This document shows, piece by piece, positions 6,064 to 7,787 of a stretch of DNA of 7,787 bases. The position numbers and the translations under genes are program-made. Numbering within the stretch: the first letter of the stretch is position 1; each line of letters opens with the position of its first letter. Under the pieces are notes generated by a model. The model saw only the letters and a list, made by a program, of their open reading frames with translations. It did no database searches and was not told the origin of the DNA. The stretch comes from Candidatus Thorarchaeota archaeon (GTDB lineage Archaea; Asgardarchaeota; Heimdallarchaeia; Hodarchaeales; Hodarchaeaceae), in contig JBHLRO010000026.1 in assembly GCA_048882505.1 (NCBI GenBank), forward strand, positions 32,727 to 40,513. Reading direction: 5' to 3'.

Positions 6064-7077
6064 ATGAAAATCTCAAAGAATTCCCTTGGATTTATTATAT
6101 CATACGATTTCCTTCCGCCTTCTCTATGCAATGATCTTATCAAGGTATTGGCGGATTCTGGCAGTTTTACTCATGTTTTTGTTCCCGAACTCTGGGGTTA
6201 TGACGCATTTACCCAGATAACTGGTATGATACCCCATGCTCCCAATTTAACCTTTGGAACAGGGATTGTCAATCTGTATTCACGAACCCCAGCCACCTTA
6301 GCTCAGACAGCCGCGGCTTTGGATACATTAACAGAAGGAAAATTCATCCTTGGTCTCGGACTGAGCGGTCCAATCGTGATTCAAGACTGGCACGGCGTTA
6401 GCTACTTTAAACACTCCCCATTGGGAAGGACACGGGAGTACATAGAAATTTTGCGCCTGATCTTCTCTGGCGAGCCTGTAAATTATAACGGCCAGATATT
6501 CAAGCTGAAAAGATTTAAGATCCGAACTTTCGCCACCCCTCTGGACATTCCACTCTGGGTGGCAGCTCTCGGTCCAAAAAACCTTGCTCTAGTCGGAGAA
6601 TTAGCAGATGGCTGGTTCCCTATCTGGGCCCCGATAGGAGGATTTAAGTTTCTCACGGAAGACTTAGCCAAAGGTTACGCGAACCGTAGCCCCGATCTTG
6701 GTAAGCAAGTCGAAATTGCACCGTTTCTTATTACCTGTGCGTATGAAGGTGATAGGGCGAAACTCCTTGTTCAAAAAAACATAGCCTACTATGTGGGTGG
6801 TATGGGTGAGTTTTACTATAACTTCGCAAAACGGATGGGATTTACCAGTGAGGCCGAAAAAATCAGATCTGCGTGGAAAATGGGTGAGAGAGAAGCCGCG
6901 GCCAAAGCTGTCTCCCAGGAGATGTTGGATAAAATTGCCGCTCTCGGATCGGCGGAAAAAATTCAACAAAGGTATCAAGAATTTCGTGCTGAAGGGGTGA
7001 CGCTCCCTATCTGTACCTTGCCATACAATTGTCCCCCAGATCTGGCTCTGGAGACCATCAGGGCATTTTCTGGTTGA
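6064..7077 (+). CDS. Luciferase-like monooxygenase (LLM) class oxidoreductase, probably F420-dependent
   Basis: FVPELWGYDAF, FGTGIVNLYSRTPATLAQTAAALD.LTEGKFILGLGLSGP, TREYIEILR.IFSGEPV.YNG, IPLWVAALGPKNLALVGELADGWFP. I chose the ATG at 6064 (TATA-like GAAAGTTATTT about 30 nt upstream); the ORF track's TTG at 6031 is the alternative start. Confidence 0.88.
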   Translation: MKISKNSLGFIISYDFLPPSLCNDLIKVLADSGSFTHVFVPELWGYDAFTQITGMIPHAPNLTFGTGIVNLYSRTPATLAQTAAALDTLTEGKFILGLGLSGPIVIQDWHGVSYFKHSPLGRTREYIEILRLIFSGEPVNYNGQIFKLKRFKIRTFATPLDIPLWVAALGPKNLALVGELADGWFPIWAPIGGFKFLTEDLAKGYANRSPDLGKQVEIAPFLITCAYEGDRAKLLVQKNIAYYVGGMGEFYYNFAKRMGFTSEAEKIRSAWKMGEREAAAKAVSQEMLDKIAALGSAEKIQQRYQEFRAEGVTLPICTLPYNCPPDLALETIRAFSG

Positions 7078-7114
7078 AATCCAAGGGAAAATCTGGAAAT
7101 CCTGGAGAATCACT

Positions 7115-7507
7115 TTATTTTAGCGGTACGAACTGCGAACCGCGTGTTGCTCCAATTCCCGGAGCAGAGTGTTTGACCTGTTTACAGGTCGGTGAATATT
7201 CCCCTAGGTAATGTCCTAACATCTCTGGTTTCAACTCAACCCGAAGAAACTCTTTTCCATTGTATACATGGACGACCCCTCCAATCAGCTCTGGAAGAAT
7301 GATAAAATCGCGACTATGAGTCCGAACGGGTCGGTTGTTGTCTTTGGAGGCGAGCACCTTCTCCATAAGCTTGATGTGCTGCGGATCCATCCCTCGTTTC
7401 AGTGACCGCCGTTGACGGGCGGGAAGAAGGGAGATAAATTCATCCATACTCAATTGTTTGAGCTCGTCTAAAGAATAACCTCGATATTCAAATTGGCGCC
7501 GGGACAT
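7115..7507 (-). CDS. rpsS: 30S ribosomal protein uS19 (archaeal S19P, eukaryotic S15 homologue)
   Basis: FEYRGYSLDELKQLSMDEFISLLPARQRRSLKRG, VRTHSRDFIILPE, VYNGKEF, PEMLGHYLGEYSPT and C-terminal HSAPGIGATRGSQFVPLK. Confidence 0.97.
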   Translation of the reverse strand: MSRRQFEYRGYSLDELKQLSMDEFISLLPARQRRSLKRGMDPQHIKLMEKVLASKDNNRPVRTHSRDFIILPELIGGVVHVYNGKEFLRVELKPEMLGHYLGEYSPTCKQVKHSAPGIGATRGSQFVPLK

Positions 7508-7555
7508 TTACAGCCACTGTTGATGTTCTGTGTAGACAGGCAGGTTCTTGAGGGC

Positions 7556-7563
7556 TATATAAA
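7556..7563 (-). promoter_or_regulatory. Putative TATA box for uS19
   Basis: TTTATATA on the minus strand, 48 nt upstream of the ATG. The upstream bases are pyrimidine-rich rather than a typical BRE, and the box also reads TATATAAA on the plus strand. Confidence 0.45.
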
Positions 7564-7650
7564 TGAGAGGTTGAAGAGAGGACAGAAGCGGAGAAAGAGA
7601 TGTGAGGGGTGGCCTTTAAAGGGAAAAAAAGGGGTTCCAGAACAGCCACT

Positions 7651-7697
7651 ATCAAGCCACAGCTTGGTCAGTTGAGGTTGATTCTTCCAACCACAAC
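7651..7697. repeat. Two adjacent inverted repeats (potential hairpins)
   Basis: CAAGC-caca-GCTTG (7653-7666, extendable to 7651-7668) and GTTG-a-GGTTG-attcttc-CAACC-a-CAAC (7671-7697). Confidence 0.5.
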
Positions 7698-7787
7698 GAG
7701 TGTAGTTATGATTATAGAAAAACACATAGTAATGTAGATAGTTGATTCCAGATTGCCCAGTTATAAGTTATCTGTCTATGGCCTAGA

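Noticed and set aside
7075-7114. Degenerate GAAATCCTG-like tandem repeat between the LLM gene and uS19
   Set aside because: Only 3-4 short, poorly conserved units with no spacer structure. Not CRISPR-like.
638-7675. Additional ORF-track entries: 638..838, 1005..1262, 1259..1642, 1854..2186, 2549..2818, 2932..3156, 3393..3722, 4322..4537, 4802..5149, 5110..5325, 5384..5578, 6483..6671, 6664..7113, 6791..7000, 7029..7211, 7493..7675
   Set aside because: They lie antisense to, overlap, or are out of frame within well-supported genes, and none shows a recognisable motif. Treated as shadow ORFs.
7712-7786. Open minus-strand frame (LGHRQITYNWAIWNQLSTLLCVFL*) as the 3' end of an upstream gene
   Set aside because: 24 open codons is within chance expectation and does not resemble the uL2 C-terminus. 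It cannot be judged without flanking sequence.
5831-7787. Integrated element at tRNA-His
   Set aside because: No integrase or transposase, no duplicated tRNA 3' end in the window, and a core ribosomal gene follows one gene later.

Overview
This is an archaeal core-genome window: it has archaeal-type uS19, Rpo12, aIF-1 with an N-terminal Cys cluster, DUF211, and TATA/BRE-like promoters. A TACK/Asgard affiliation is a weak inference, from the LPGIRC segment of Rpo12 and from informational genes lying outside their usual operons. Gene order: 3' end of a Pro/Glu-rich protein (+); a minus-strand run of a small HTH-like hypothetical, DUF211, aIF-1/SUI1, RNA polymerase subunit Rpo12/RpoP (48 aa, absent from the supplied ORF track) and a cobO - B12 acyl-CoA mutase large subunit - small subunit operon; then surE (+), tRNA-His(GUG) (+), an LLM-class (probably F420-dependent) oxidoreductase (+) and a stand-alone uS19 gene (-). 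I found no mobile element, CRISPR array or defence system. The best leads are (1) a mutase with isobutyryl-CoA-mutase-type rather than methylmalonyl-CoA-type active-site residues plus an unusual His, coupled to a CobO-type adenosyltransferase with no adjacent MeaB or epimerase gene; (2) a 17/18-identical direct repeat followed at a fixed distance by AAAAGA on both sides of surE; (3) rpoP and uS19 outside their canonical operons; (4) an uncharacterised HTH-like protein and several structured intergenic segments. None of these is shown to be a new system; each is a testable lead.
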